DNA of 64,000 nt from the NCBI GenBank assembly GCA_009704945.1, contig WLDG01000004.1, positions 6,974-70,973 of the forward strand, read 5' to 3'. Both the position numbers and the translations under genes were made by a program. Positions within the stretch are counted from its first letter, which is position 1. Every line of letters starts with the position of its first letter. This document shows, piece after piece, positions 20,643 to 29,940 of this stretch. The notes beneath the pieces were generated by a model. It worked only from the letters and a program-made list of their open reading frames with translations. It had not been told where the DNA came from and did no database searches. The stretch is from Actinomycetota bacterium (GTDB taxonomy: Bacteria; Actinomycetota; Actinomycetes; Actinomycetales; Microbacteriaceae).

Positions 20643-20909
20643 ATGGCGGATAAACCAGAGATCTGCGGGTTCTGCCACTCTGATAAGCCCCGGGAAATCA
20701 TCTATGTTGGGCCAATTGAATACGGCTCTAAGTGTGCAACCTGCGGCGCCACCACCACAAGATCTGCAAGGGACCTCAGGCTTGCTGCCAAAGAGGTTAC
20801 CCCCGGTGGATTTGATTCAACCCCGGTTGGCATAGTCAGCAAGATGCTGAAAGACCCCTACAAGTTCTTCACCGGCCGCAAACAAGAGCCGCCAAAGACC
20901 GATAACTAA
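20643..20909 (+). CDS. Small putative zinc-ribbon protein
   Basis: CxxC (CGFC) and CxxC (CATC); RBS AGGAAG; directly follows the operon. Confidence 0.65.
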   Translation: MADKPEICGFCHSDKPREIIYVGPIEYGSKCATCGATTTRSARDLRLAAKEVTPGGFDSTPVGIVSKMLKDPYKFFTGRKQEPPKTDN

Positions 20910-20918
20910 GCTTTCTTT

Positions 20919-22094
20919 GTGGAAAAGCAAGTAAGGCCAAAGACCGAGGGCTGGACACAGGCCAAAGACGAAACTGGCAAACCCCTTCTACAGTTCACTG
21001 ACAAAAGAAGAGGGAAACCACCCGTTCACTTAGCTGACCTAACACCAGCAGAACGAAAGAAACAATTCGAAGAACTGGGAGTTCCCGGCTATCGAGCAAG
21101 TCAGATTTCCACCCACTATTTCTCTCACTACACCTCAGACCCTGAGGCAATGACAGATCTTCCAAAAAGCGGAAAAGAAGAATTAGTTTCAAAAGTTCTA
21201 CCTAATCTTCTAACCGAAGTCAGAAGACTCAGAACTGATGATGGCAAGACCATCAAGTTTCTCTGGAAACTATTTGATGGAGCATTAGTTGAATCAGTTC
21301 TAATGCGCTACACCAACCGCATTACTCTCTGCATTTCCTCGCAAGCAGGTTGCGGAATGAACTGTCCGTTTTGTGCCACGGGCCAAGCAGGACTAACCAG
21401 AAATCTTTCGGCTGCAGAAATCATTGATCAGATTGTCAGAGCAAACGCTGCCATTCAAGCTGGTGAACTTGGGGCAAAGAAACATTCTGATGAACGAGTC
21501 AACAACATTGTGTTTATGGGAATGGGTGAACCTCTTGCCAACTACAACCCAGTAATGCAGGCAATCAAAACGATGCTCGCAGAACAACCAAACGGTCTTG
21601 GCATGTCTGCCAGAAATATAACTGTTTCGACCGTGGGTCTAGTTCCTGCAATTCAGAGACTTGCCGATGAAGATATCCCAATTACCTTTGCACTCTCACT
21701 CCATGCACCAGATGATCAACTACGAGATGAACTGGTGCCAGTGAACACCAAGTGGAAAGTTGATGAGGCATTGGATGCCGCCAAGGCTTACTTCGATAAA
21801 ACCGGCAGAAGAGTTTCAATTGAATACGCCCTGATCAAAGACATGAATGATCACAACTGGCGAGCTGAACTAATGGCCAAGAAACTAAATGCCAGAGGGA
21901 AGGGCTGGGTGCACGTAAACCCAATTCCACTCAACCCCACCCCGGGTTCAGTTTGGACGGCCTCTACTCCTGAGCAGACCAAGTCCTTCCTCAAGATCCT
22001 TGAGAACAATGGCATTCCAACCACCCTCCGCGACACCAGGGGCAAGGAAATCGATGGGGCTTGTGGCCAGTTGGCTGCAAGTTTGGATGAATAG
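20919..22094 (+). CDS. rlmN: 23S rRNA/tRNA m2A radical-SAM methyltransferase RlmN
   Basis: Motifs [26 protein letters not shown] and GACGQL. Confidence 0.96.
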   Translation: MEKQVRPKTEGWTQAKDETGKPLLQFTDKRRGKPPVHLADLTPAERKKQFEELGVPGYRASQISTHYFSHYTSDPEAMTDLPKSGKEELVSKVLPNLLTEVRRLRTDDGKTIKFLWKLFDGALVESVLMRYTNRITLCISSQAGCGMNCPFCATGQAGLTRNLSAAEIIDQIVRANAAIQAGELGAKKHSDERVNNIVFMGMGEPLANYNPVMQAIKTMLAEQPNGLGMSARNITVSTVGLVPAIQRLADEDIPITFALSLHAPDDQLRDELVPVNTKWKVDEALDAAKAYFDKTGRRVSIEYALIKDMNDHNWRAELMAKKLNARGKGWVHVNPIPLNPTPGSVWTASTPEQTKSFLKILENNGIPTTLRDTRGKEIDGACGQLAASLDE

Positions 22095-22117
22095 TCAAGA
22101 CCCCCTAGACTGTTTTC

Positions 22118-23158
22118 ATGACTGCAATTGAGTTTGGCCTAGACACCTTCGGCGATGTCTCTTTGGATGACGCTGGCAACCTCAAGAGTGCTGGCCAAGT
22201 AATCAGAGATGTTGTTGAAGAAGCAAAGCTCGCTGACGAACTTGGTCTTGCTGGTTTTAACATCGGTGAGCACCACCGAGATGATTATGCGGTGTCGGCT
22301 CCTGACACAATCCTGGCTGGAATTGCAACTGTCACCAAAAACATTCGACTGGGGACGGGCGTAACAGTTCTGTCATCTGAAGATCCAGTTCGCGTCTACC
22401 AGCGCTTTGCAACAATCGATGCTCTCTCTAACGGCAGGGCAGAGATAACTGCGGGACGTGGATCATTCATTGAATCTTTTCCACTATTTGGTTACGACCT
22501 AGATGACTATCACGTTTTGTTTGAAGAGAAACTTGAACTGCTTGTTCAACTGCTAAAAGAAAACGCAGTCACTTGGAGCGGAACTACCAGAGCATCACTA
22601 ACCAATCAGCAGGTTTATCCAAAGACCGAGCGCGGCAGAATTCCTCTTCGCGTTGGTGTTGGTGGTTCTCCGGAATCAGTGCTGCGTGCAGCAAGACTAG
22701 GAATTCCAATGGCGCTTGCCATTATTGGTGGAGATCCCGCACGCTTTGCCCCCTACGCAAATCTTTATCGTGAGACATTAGAAAAAACAGGTCAACCGCA
22801 ACTTCCAATTTCTATTCACTCTCCTGGCCACATTTCAGACAGTGATGAGCAGGCAATTGGAGAGCAGTGGCCGCACTACCAAACAGCGTTTGGCCGAATT
22901 GGTAGAGAGCGCGGATGGGGACCAACCACCAAGATGCATTTCATCTCTGAGGTGAATGGCGGATCGTTGTATGTGGGTTCTCCAGAAACAGTTGCCAGAA
23001 AGATTGCTTACGCGATCACTTCGCTAGGTGCTTCTAGGTTTGATTTGAAGTATGCCAATGGTCCAATGCCACACAGCAAGACCATGAAGTCAATTGAGCT
23101 TTATGCCACCAAGGTTGTTCCGATGGTGAATGAGCTTTTGACTGAAGCTAGGGTCTAA
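22118..23158 (+). CDS. LLM-class (luciferase-like) flavin-dependent oxidoreductase
   Basis: Motifs GEHHR, DPVRVYQRFATID and GRGSFIESF. Confidence 0.9.
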   Translation: MTAIEFGLDTFGDVSLDDAGNLKSAGQVIRDVVEEAKLADELGLAGFNIGEHHRDDYAVSAPDTILAGIATVTKNIRLGTGVTVLSSEDPVRVYQRFATIDALSNGRAEITAGRGSFIESFPLFGYDLDDYHVLFEEKLELLVQLLKENAVTWSGTTRASLTNQQVYPKTERGRIPLRVGVGGSPESVLRAARLGIPMALAIIGGDPARFAPYANLYRETLEKTGQPQLPISIHSPGHISDSDEQAIGEQWPHYQTAFGRIGRERGWGPTTKMHFISEVNGGSLYVGSPETVARKIAYAITSLGASRFDLKYANGPMPHSKTMKSIELYATKVVPMVNELLTEARV

Positions 23159-24690
23159 CTCTCCAGCACTGCCATTGCGGCGTTATGACCGGCGATGCCG
23201 CTAACTGCTCCACCGCGTTTGGCACTGGATCCGCAGAAGAAGATGTTGCTATAACCACTGCTAACGCCCCAGCGCTCAGCCGGTGTAGCGAGGCTTTCAC
23301 TGTCTTCCGCGAATGGCCAGCTCAGTGGCTCATGGAAGATGTTGCCACCCGGCAGGCGCAGGGCGTCCTCTAAGTCTTTGGTGGTCTTGGTCTCTATGCA
23401 GGGATTGCCGTTGGCATCTTCAAGCAGCAGTGTCCTGATGTCTTCGTCGAGCACAGAATTCAAAGAATCAATGATGGCGTTTTCAAACTTCTGACGCATT
23501 TCATCATTGTTGGATTCATTCACTAGTGGATGGGGAGTGTGCAGGGCAAAGACCGTCAGTGTTTGCACGCCGGCTGCTTTGAGCTCGGGCGAAAGAATGC
23601 TGGAGTCTGTTAGTGAATGGCAGTAAATCTCGCAAGGCAGCGGATTTGGAATTTCTCCACGGGAAGCCTGTTCGAATGCTGTTTGCAGTTGCGAGTAGTT
23701 TTCATTGATGTGGAAAGTTCCACCAAACGCTGCAACCGGATCAATCTGTTCTTTTAGTTTAGGTAGTCGCTTCAGTAGCATGTTCACTTTCACTTGAGCA
23801 CCTTCTGCTCTTGGCGAAGTTTTTCCTAGCAGTCTTGCGAGCTCTGGTCTTGCAAGGTTGGCAAGAATGTACTTTGCTTCAACTTCGTGAGTCTCACCAT
23901 TTAGTTGGTAGGTGACTTTGCCATCTTCAGTTAGTGAAGTGACCTCTGCATTTGAAATTAGTTCTGCGCCGAATCTTTCTGCTGCTTTTCTCATTGAGGC
24001 TGTTACTGCTCCCATGCCGCCAACTGGAATATTCCAATCTCCGGTTTCTCCGCCGATCACGTGGTAAAGAAAACATTTACTCGCCTGCATTGAGTCATCA
24101 ACATTAGGAGCGAAGGTTCCGATGAGAGCATCGGTTAGAACAACTCCTCGAACCAGATCAGATTGGAAATTCTCTTCAACCAATTCACCAATTGGTCTTT
24201 CAATGAACTCGGCCAGCTCACCAAGCTCCTGGATGACTTCTGATCTCTTTTTGAGCGGAGCGGTTACGGAGGGAAAGAGTTTTTGTGCAAGCTCAGTTGT
24301 CCTTGAGTAGAAGCTGTTCCAATTCTCACAATCTTGGCTACCTACAGATTCAAAGCTCTGCTTGGTTCGTGCCTGGTCATTTCTGTCGATTAGCAGGCCA
24401 CCGGTGCCAAGCGGATTAGGCGTATAAGAGGAGTATCGTCTGGGGGCTAGCTCTATCTCTAAGCCAAGATCACCAATTACCTGCTTTGGCAGCAGGCTCA
24501 CTAGATATGAATAGCGGGAGAGCCTTGCTTTGATGCCAGGGAAAGCCTCAATCGAGGTGGCAGCTCCGCCGAAGTAGTCCAGCCTTTCCAGTAGCAGGAT
24601 CTTCTTGCCGGCCTTGGCTAGATAGGCAGCGGCTACTAGGCCGTTGTGGCCACCACCAACCACCACCACATCCGCGTGTTTACTGGGCAT
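23155..24690 (-). CDS. FAD-dependent oxidoreductase, phytoene-dehydrogenase-like superfamily
   Basis: Motifs GGGHNGLVAAAYLA, SRYSYLVSL, GGMG, GGNIFH and GGAVSGIAGHNAA. Confidence 0.85.
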   Translation of the reverse strand: MPSKHADVVVVGGGHNGLVAAAYLAKAGKKILLLERLDYFGGAATSIEAFPGIKARLSRYSYLVSLLPKQVIGDLGLEIELAPRRYSSYTPNPLGTGGLLIDRNDQARTKQSFESVGSQDCENWNSFYSRTTELAQKLFPSVTAPLKKRSEVIQELGELAEFIERPIGELVEENFQSDLVRGVVLTDALIGTFAPNVDDSMQASKCFLYHVIGGETGDWNIPVGGMGAVTASMRKAAERFGAELISNAEVTSLTEDGKVTYQLNGETHEVEAKYILANLARPELARLLGKTSPRAEGAQVKVNMLLKRLPKLKEQIDPVAAFGGTFHINENYSQLQTAFEQASRGEIPNPLPCEIYCHSLTDSSILSPELKAAGVQTLTVFALHTPHPLVNESNNDEMRQKFENAIIDSLNSVLDEDIRTLLLEDANGNPCIETKTTKDLEDALRLPGGNIFHEPLSWPFAEDSESLATPAERWGVSSGYSNIFFCGSSAKRGGAVSGIAGHNAAMAVLES

Positions 24691-24837
24691 GAGGGGAGTC
24701 TAGGGCCATCTCAGTGGTGAGGTTTGTCCGAGTTTGTTCTTTATTGTTCGTTTGTGATTATTTTGTTATGAAATCAGCCAAGATTGGCTTATCTGGGGGC
24801 TTACGCTAAACCCCAAGAGTCCAAAATAGGAGGTTCA

Positions 24838-26148
24838 ATGCTGAACAATATCTCGAACCGCGAGATGGACCGTCGCCTAATTCTTAAGGGTGCGGCCGCT
24901 GGTGGTCTAGGAATTGCTGGAGCAACCATGCTGGCCGGATGTGCCCCTGGTGATGCAGCAAGCGCAGGTCCCGTCGCCTTCGGTGCACGTACCGTAGACG
25001 AAAACCCAACCAAGCAGCTACAGGCACTTGTTGCTGCTTACACCGCGAAGACTGGTAACGAAGTTACCTACAACGCAACCGAATCAAATGCTTTCCAGAA
25101 CAACCTGTCTCAGTACCTACAGGGAACTCCGGATGACTGCTTCCAGTGGATGGCAGGATTCCGTATGCAGTTCTTTGCAGCTCAGGGTCTACTAGTAGAC
25201 GTATCTGACGTATGGAGCGAGATCGGAAGCCAGTACAACGAGAGCTACAAGATTGCTTCAACCGGTCTAGACGGCAAGCAGTACTTCGTTCCTCAGAGCT
25301 GGTACCCATGGGGTCTTCACTTCCGTAAGTCAATGATGGCTGAGGTTGGACTAAACCCAGATGACATCTACAACTGGGATGACTTCATGGGAGCTCTTGA
25401 AGAGCTCAAGGCAAAGGGCCTAATTGGTTTCATCGGCGTCGACAAGGGCGGCTGGGAAGCAATGGGAACCTTTGACATCCTGAACGCTCGTATCAACGGC
25501 TACCAGTTCCACGTTGACCTACTTGCAGGTCGCGAGAAGTGGACTGATGACCGAGTCAAGGAAGTCTTCCGTCACTGGGAGATGCTACTTCCTTACATGA
25601 ACACCAACGTGCTTGACCTTGAGTGGGATGGCGGCCGTGACATGCTTCTAGCACGTCAGGGTGGATTCTTCATGATGGGTTCATGGTTCGGAGCTGACTT
25701 CAAGTCAGTTAGCGACGCAGACTACGAAGACCTATGGGTAATTCCATTCCCAGAAATCAACCCAGACCACGCTCGCGACACAATCGATGCTCCTATCGAT
25801 GGTTTCTGTGTTGCAGCTAATGGTGCAAACAACGCAGGTGGTAAGGACCTAATCAAGTTCGCAGGTGACATGGAAGGTGTTCAGGCAATGCTAGACACCG
25901 GTGTTCCAATGACCTCTGCTAACAACGGTCAGGACACTTCAACCTACGATGCATTCCAGACTCAGCAGCTAGCTGTTATGAACGAGGCTAAGTACATCAC
26001 TCAGTTCCTCGACCGCGACACTCGTCCTGACTTCGCTGGCCCAGTTGTCGGCCCAGCTCTACAGGGCTGGTTCAAGGACCCAAGCAGCACCAATGCAATG
26101 TTGGAGTCACTACAGTCTCAGTGGGACGCACTGCCTCCACTGGCTTAA
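24838..26148 (+). CDS. Carbohydrate ABC transporter substrate-binding lipoprotein (Tat signal)
   Basis: DRRLIL twin-Arg motif and LAGC lipobox; RBS AGGAGG; CUT1-type SBP followed by two permeases. Confidence 0.9.
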   Translation: MLNNISNREMDRRLILKGAAAGGLGIAGATMLAGCAPGDAASAGPVAFGARTVDENPTKQLQALVAAYTAKTGNEVTYNATESNAFQNNLSQYLQGTPDDCFQWMAGFRMQFFAAQGLLVDVSDVWSEIGSQYNESYKIASTGLDGKQYFVPQSWYPWGLHFRKSMMAEVGLNPDDIYNWDDFMGALEELKAKGLIGFIGVDKGGWEAMGTFDILNARINGYQFHVDLLAGREKWTDDRVKEVFRHWEMLLPYMNTNVLDLEWDGGRDMLLARQGGFFMMGSWFGADFKSVSDADYEDLWVIPFPEINPDHARDTIDAPIDGFCVAANGANNAGGKDLIKFAGDMEGVQAMLDTGVPMTSANNGQDTSTYDAFQTQQLAVMNEAKYITQFLDRDTRPDFAGPVVGPALQGWFKDPSSTNAMLESLQSQWDALPPLA

Positions 26149-26158
26149 GCTAAGACGC

Positions 26159-27073
26159 ATGACTACAGAGACGACGGCGCCGAGTACTCCTCGGCGCCGT
26201 CGTTTCTTTTCAAAATCAGACAAAATCACCCTGGGCTTCTTTATTGGAGTTCCAACTTTTCTTCACGTGGCACTGGTTTGGTTCCCGGCGCTCGCCACGA
26301 TGTATTTGTCTTTCACCTACTGGACCGGCATTGACATTTCCAAGATCCAATGGGCTGGTCTAGCCAACTACGAGAACATCTTCTTTAACACCCCAATTTT
26401 CTGGGATGCAATGCGAGTCAACACTGTTTGGCTACTTTGGTTTTTCTTTATTGCCACACCACTTGGAATCCTGCTGGCCTATCAGATTGATAGAGAGATT
26501 CGTGGTCACAAGTTTTATCAGTCGGCCTACTACCTGCCGGTAGTGCTATCGCTGGCTGTCACAGGAATTATCTGGAACTTCCTACTTCGCCCAGATGGTT
26601 TTGTTAATGGTCTATTGGGATTGCCAACCTCCCAGGCCATTTCATTCTTTGGTGATGACCGCTACAACATCTGGGTCATCATGATCATGGCCTCTTGGCG
26701 CCACATCGGCTACATCATGCTTTTGTATTTAGCTGGGCTAAAGGCGGTTGATGCAGCACTTCGAGAGGCTGCCACAATCGATGGCGCCACTGAATGGCAA
26801 ACCTTCCGCAAGGTGGTTTTCCCAGCCATGCGCCCGGTTAACATCATTGTTTTGGTGATCACCATCATTGAGTCGCTCAGAGCTTTCGATATGGTCTACA
26901 TCATCTATGGCTCGTCCGGTGGTCTGCCGATATTAGGTGTTTTGGTTTTCAACAACATCGCAGGTGAGGGAGCATCCATGAAGGGTGCTGCCTATGCCGT
27001 GATTTTGTTCCTCTTGACGATCGTTCCGATCATCGCCTATCTCCGCCAGCAGTTTAGGGAGGACGTAAAGTGA
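26159..27073 (+). CDS. Carbohydrate ABC transporter permease
   Basis: EAA motif LREAATIDGA. Start set to ATG 26159, after the SBP stop codon. Confidence 0.9.
   Translation: MTTETTAPSTPRRRRFFSKSDKITLGFFIGVPTFLHVALVWFPALATMYLSFTYWTGIDISKIQWAGLANYENIFFNTPIFWDAMRVNTVWLLWFFFIATPLGILLAYQIDREIRGHKFYQSAYYLPVVLSLAVTGIIWNFLLRPDGFVNGLLGLPTSQAISFFGDDRYNIWVIMIMASWRHIGYIMLLYLAGLKAVDAALREAATIDGATEWQTFRKVVFPAMRPVNIIVLVITIIESLRAFDMVYIIYGSSGGLPILGVLVFNNIAGEGASMKGAAYAVILFLLTIVPIIAYLRQQFREDVK
26167..26210 (+). terminator. Terminator-like 18-bp hairpin inside the permease 5' coding region
   Basis: AGAGACGACGGCGCCGAG-TACTC-CTCGGCGCCGTCGTTTCT followed by TTT. Confidence 0.65.
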
Positions 27074-27963
27074 CGATTGAAAAATCCCAAGACAAGAAAA
27101 AGAAGAAGCTTTACGCCCAGGACATCAAAGACCGTCTAATTTCAATTTTTATTGGCATCTTTGCCCTGCTTTGGATTTTCCCAATTGCTTGGACTCTGTG
27201 GTCTTCCTTCCGCCCCTACACCGAGATCATGAAAAACGGTGTTCTATCGCCTCCGCAAGAGCTTGGTCTGTTCAACTACGAAGAGGCGATCAGCCGCATG
27301 GAGCTGCCGACCTACTTCCTCAACTCAGCCTTGATTACCATTCCAGCGGTGTTCCTGACACTGCTGTTCGGTTCACTCATGGCATTTGTGGTGACCAGGT
27401 ATTCCTTCAAGTTCAACGTGGCACTGCTACTGCTCTTCACAGCAGGTAACCTGCTACCAGCGCAGCTGGTCTTCATTCCAGTGTTCAAGATGTATTTGGC
27501 ATTGGGAGATTTGGTAGGAGACAGAAGATTCCTCTATGACAACCACTGGGGAGTGGTGCTAATCCACGTCGCCTTCCAGATGGGATTCGCCACCTTCGTG
27601 CTCTCTTCTTATATGAAGACCATTCCGAAAGAGATTTCTGAATCAGCGATGGTGGATGGAGCAAACGTCTTCACTCACTTCTTTAGGGTGATGCTGCCAC
27701 TACTCAGACCACCGCTAGCATCACTTGCGGTGCTAATGACCACCTGGATCTATAACGATTTCTTCTGGGCACTGGTTCTGATGTCAACGGATAAAAAACG
27801 ACCAATCACATCGGCGCTGGGTAGGTTGCAAGGTGAGTTCACAACCGACTACAACCTGTTGGCGGCAGGGGCAATGATTGCGGTAATACCGACATTGATT
27901 GTGTTCTTCGTGATGCGAAAACAGTTTGTTTCTGGTTTGACCCTTGGTTCAACCAAGGGCTAA
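27070..27963 (+). CDS. Carbohydrate ABC transporter permease
   Basis: Motifs IPKEISESAMVDGA, YNDFFW and QFVSGLT. Confidence 0.9.
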   Translation: MTIEKSQDKKKKKLYAQDIKDRLISIFIGIFALLWIFPIAWTLWSSFRPYTEIMKNGVLSPPQELGLFNYEEAISRMELPTYFLNSALITIPAVFLTLLFGSLMAFVVTRYSFKFNVALLLLFTAGNLLPAQLVFIPVFKMYLALGDLVGDRRFLYDNHWGVVLIHVAFQMGFATFVLSSYMKTIPKEISESAMVDGANVFTHFFRVMLPLLRPPLASLAVLMTTWIYNDFFWALVLMSTDKKRPITSALGRLQGEFTTDYNLLAAGAMIAVIPTLIVFFVMRKQFVSGLTLGSTKG

Positions 27964-29144
27964 GCGCTTACCCGAACGCTCTCATACCCTCTCAGCACAA
28001 AAGTTGGCCTTCTAACTGGCTCACCTTCCAGCTTTAGATTCGGATACTTCTTTACTAGCTGCGGCAGAGCGGTCGTCATCTCCATGCGGGCTAGTGGAGC
28101 TCCAATGCAGAAGTGGATGCCCGCCCCAAAACCAATGTGAGGATTGGGGGAGCGGGTCAGATCTAACTGGTCAGCATTTTGAAAGATCTCTTCGTCACGG
28201 TTAGCACTTCCTAAGAGTGCTGCAATCTTTTGACCCTCATTGACTAGCACTCCACCGATCTCGGTGTCTTCGGTTGCTGTTCTTTCAAACAGGTGCAGGG
28301 GAGCGTCAAATCTCAAAAACTCATCTACCGCTGAGCCTGACAATTCATCAGGAGAGTTTCTAAGCAGGTTCCACTGCTCTTCATTTTTTAGTGCAGCAAC
28401 CATGCCATTGCCAAAGCCATTCACGCTTGCCTCGTGTCCGGCATTGAGCAGTAGGACACAGGTTGCAATTAGTTCTCTTGCAGTTAGCTTCTCGCCTTGC
28501 TCTTCAACCAGTGCAAGTTCAGTGATCAAGTCAGTGCCAGGGTTTTGCTGGCGATCAATCATGAGCTTGTAAACATAGGAAGCAAACTCGTTACTGGCTT
28601 TTCTAGCCTCTGCTTTTTCTTCTTCGGTTGGGGCAGGCTCATACATCTTCACAATCGCCTGGGACCAAGGTCTCAGCAGGTATTCGTCTTCTTTTGGAAA
28701 ACCAAGCAGCTCTGAAATAACCATCACTGGTAGTGGTTCTGCAAAATCAGCGATTAGATCAAACTCACCTTTTTCAGCCAGCTTCTTCTCTACGTTTGCA
28801 AGCAGTTCTTTGGTGAGCCTTTCAACGGTTGGCCTTAGCTCTTCAATGGTTTTGGGGTTGAAGGCCTTCATCACAAGTGAGCGAAGTCTGGTGTGCTTAG
28901 GGGGCTCTGAATCAAGAATTGAATCGGAGTGTAAATAGTTGAATGTCTCCCAGTCTTCTACTGGCTTTCTCTCTTGAAAGATTCTTCCCAGAGTTCTGGT
29001 TCTAAGCACCTGATTGGCATCTTTGTAGCGTGCAGCTAGAAACAATCCTGATTCTTCGTGCCAAACCGGTTTTCCCAGTCCCCTTAGCTCTTTCAGTGCT
29101 GGATAGGGATTAGTGACAAAGTCAGGATTGGTCAGGCTAAGCAT
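27960..29144 (-). CDS. Cytochrome P450
   Basis: Motifs HTRLR, I-helix AGHEAS, EFLR and heme motif FGAGIHFCIG. Confidence 0.95.
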   Translation of the reverse strand: MLSLTNPDFVTNPYPALKELRGLGKPVWHEESGLFLAARYKDANQVLRTRTLGRIFQERKPVEDWETFNYLHSDSILDSEPPKHTRLRSLVMKAFNPKTIEELRPTVERLTKELLANVEKKLAEKGEFDLIADFAEPLPVMVISELLGFPKEDEYLLRPWSQAIVKMYEPAPTEEEKAEARKASNEFASYVYKLMIDRQQNPGTDLITELALVEEQGEKLTARELIATCVLLLNAGHEASVNGFGNGMVAALKNEEQWNLLRNSPDELSGSAVDEFLRFDAPLHLFERTATEDTEIGGVLVNEGQKIAALLGSANRDEEIFQNADQLDLTRSPNPHIGFGAGIHFCIGAPLARMEMTTALPQLVKKYPNLKLEGEPVRRPTFVLRGYESVRVSA

Positions 29145-29868
29145 TCTTTAGTTTGATCTCCGAAATATCGAGTCTCTCTGCTTTGAAGGAATTGACCTTG
29201 TGATCAGACGGGTAACCGATGGCAATTCCACAAAGCAGTTTGTATCCACGAGGGATATTAAATTCTTTTCTAATCGGGTCTGCCCACAGTGCTACTGCTC
29301 CCTGTGCACAACTGCCCAATCCTCTGGCATGTGCAGAAAGCATCAGGTTCTGCATAAACAGACCAGCATCCGAAACTGAATACTCGCCAAGACCTGAGTG
29401 CGTGAAGATAAAAAGTTCAACTGGTGCGCCAAAGAACTCATAGTTCCTCGCCCACTGCGCCTGCCTAGCAGCCTGGTCATCTCGCTTGATACCGAGCAGT
29501 CCATAAAGCTCAGCTCCAACTCTTTGCTGTCTTGGCACTAGCTCTTTGGGGTAGGGACGAAAGACTTTGTAGTCCGAGGTTGGCAGTCCAGTTCTAGTAA
29601 TCAAAAGTCTGATCTTGCCCCAGAGGCCATCTCTTAGTGCTCTTGCTGCGGCTTCCCACCTTTTGAGCAGCTCACCTGCAATTCGGTCTCTTTGCTCACC
29701 TTTGGCAATGCCAACCAAATAGGGCCTGGTGTTAGACCAGGAAGGAGCAGTCATGGCATCAGTTAGTAGCTGATCAATCAGCTCATCAGAAACCGGGGTT
29801 GAAAGAAAATCTCGCGTAGTCCTTCTGGATGCCACGAAGTCTTGCCACTGCTGCGGGGAAATACTCAC
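29137..29868 (-). CDS. Nitroreductase family protein
   Basis: Motifs RRTTRDF, APSWSNTRP and MLSAHARGLGSC...IGYP. GTG start 6 nt after TAACCT. Confidence 0.9.
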   Translation of the reverse strand: MSISPQQWQDFVASRRTTRDFLSTPVSDELIDQLLTDAMTAPSWSNTRPYLVGIAKGEQRDRIAGELLKRWEAAARALRDGLWGKIRLLITRTGLPTSDYKVFRPYPKELVPRQQRVGAELYGLLGIKRDDQAARQAQWARNYEFFGAPVELFIFTHSGLGEYSVSDAGLFMQNLMLSAHARGLGSCAQGAVALWADPIRKEFNIPRGYKLLCGIAIGYPSDHKVNSFKAERLDISEIKLKNA

Positions 29869-29895
29869 TCCCACAGGTTACTAGCAAACCGGGAT

Positions 29896-29930
29896 AAAAA
29901 AAGAACCCCAGGTTTCCCTGGGGTTCTTTT
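29896..29930 (-). terminator. Intrinsic terminator of the rhodopsin gene
   Basis: AAAAGAACCCCAGG-TTTC-CCTGGGGTTCTTTT with an A7 run, which is the U tail on the minus strand. Confidence 0.85.
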
Positions 29931-29940
29931 ATTGAACTAA

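Noticed and set aside
23155-24690. Calling this gene crtI
   Set aside because: GGGHNGL and GGNIFH mark the broad phytoene-dehydrogenase-like oxidoreductase group, and it has no carotenoid gene neighbours.
26045-26158. ORF-track start of the first permease overlapping the SBP gene
   Set aside because: It would overlap the SBP gene by about 100 nt; ATG 26159 after the SBP stop is more plausible.
24838-27963. ABC transporter without an ATPase as a defective system
   Set aside because: Actinobacterial CUT1 sugar transporters commonly share an MsiK-type ATPase encoded elsewhere.
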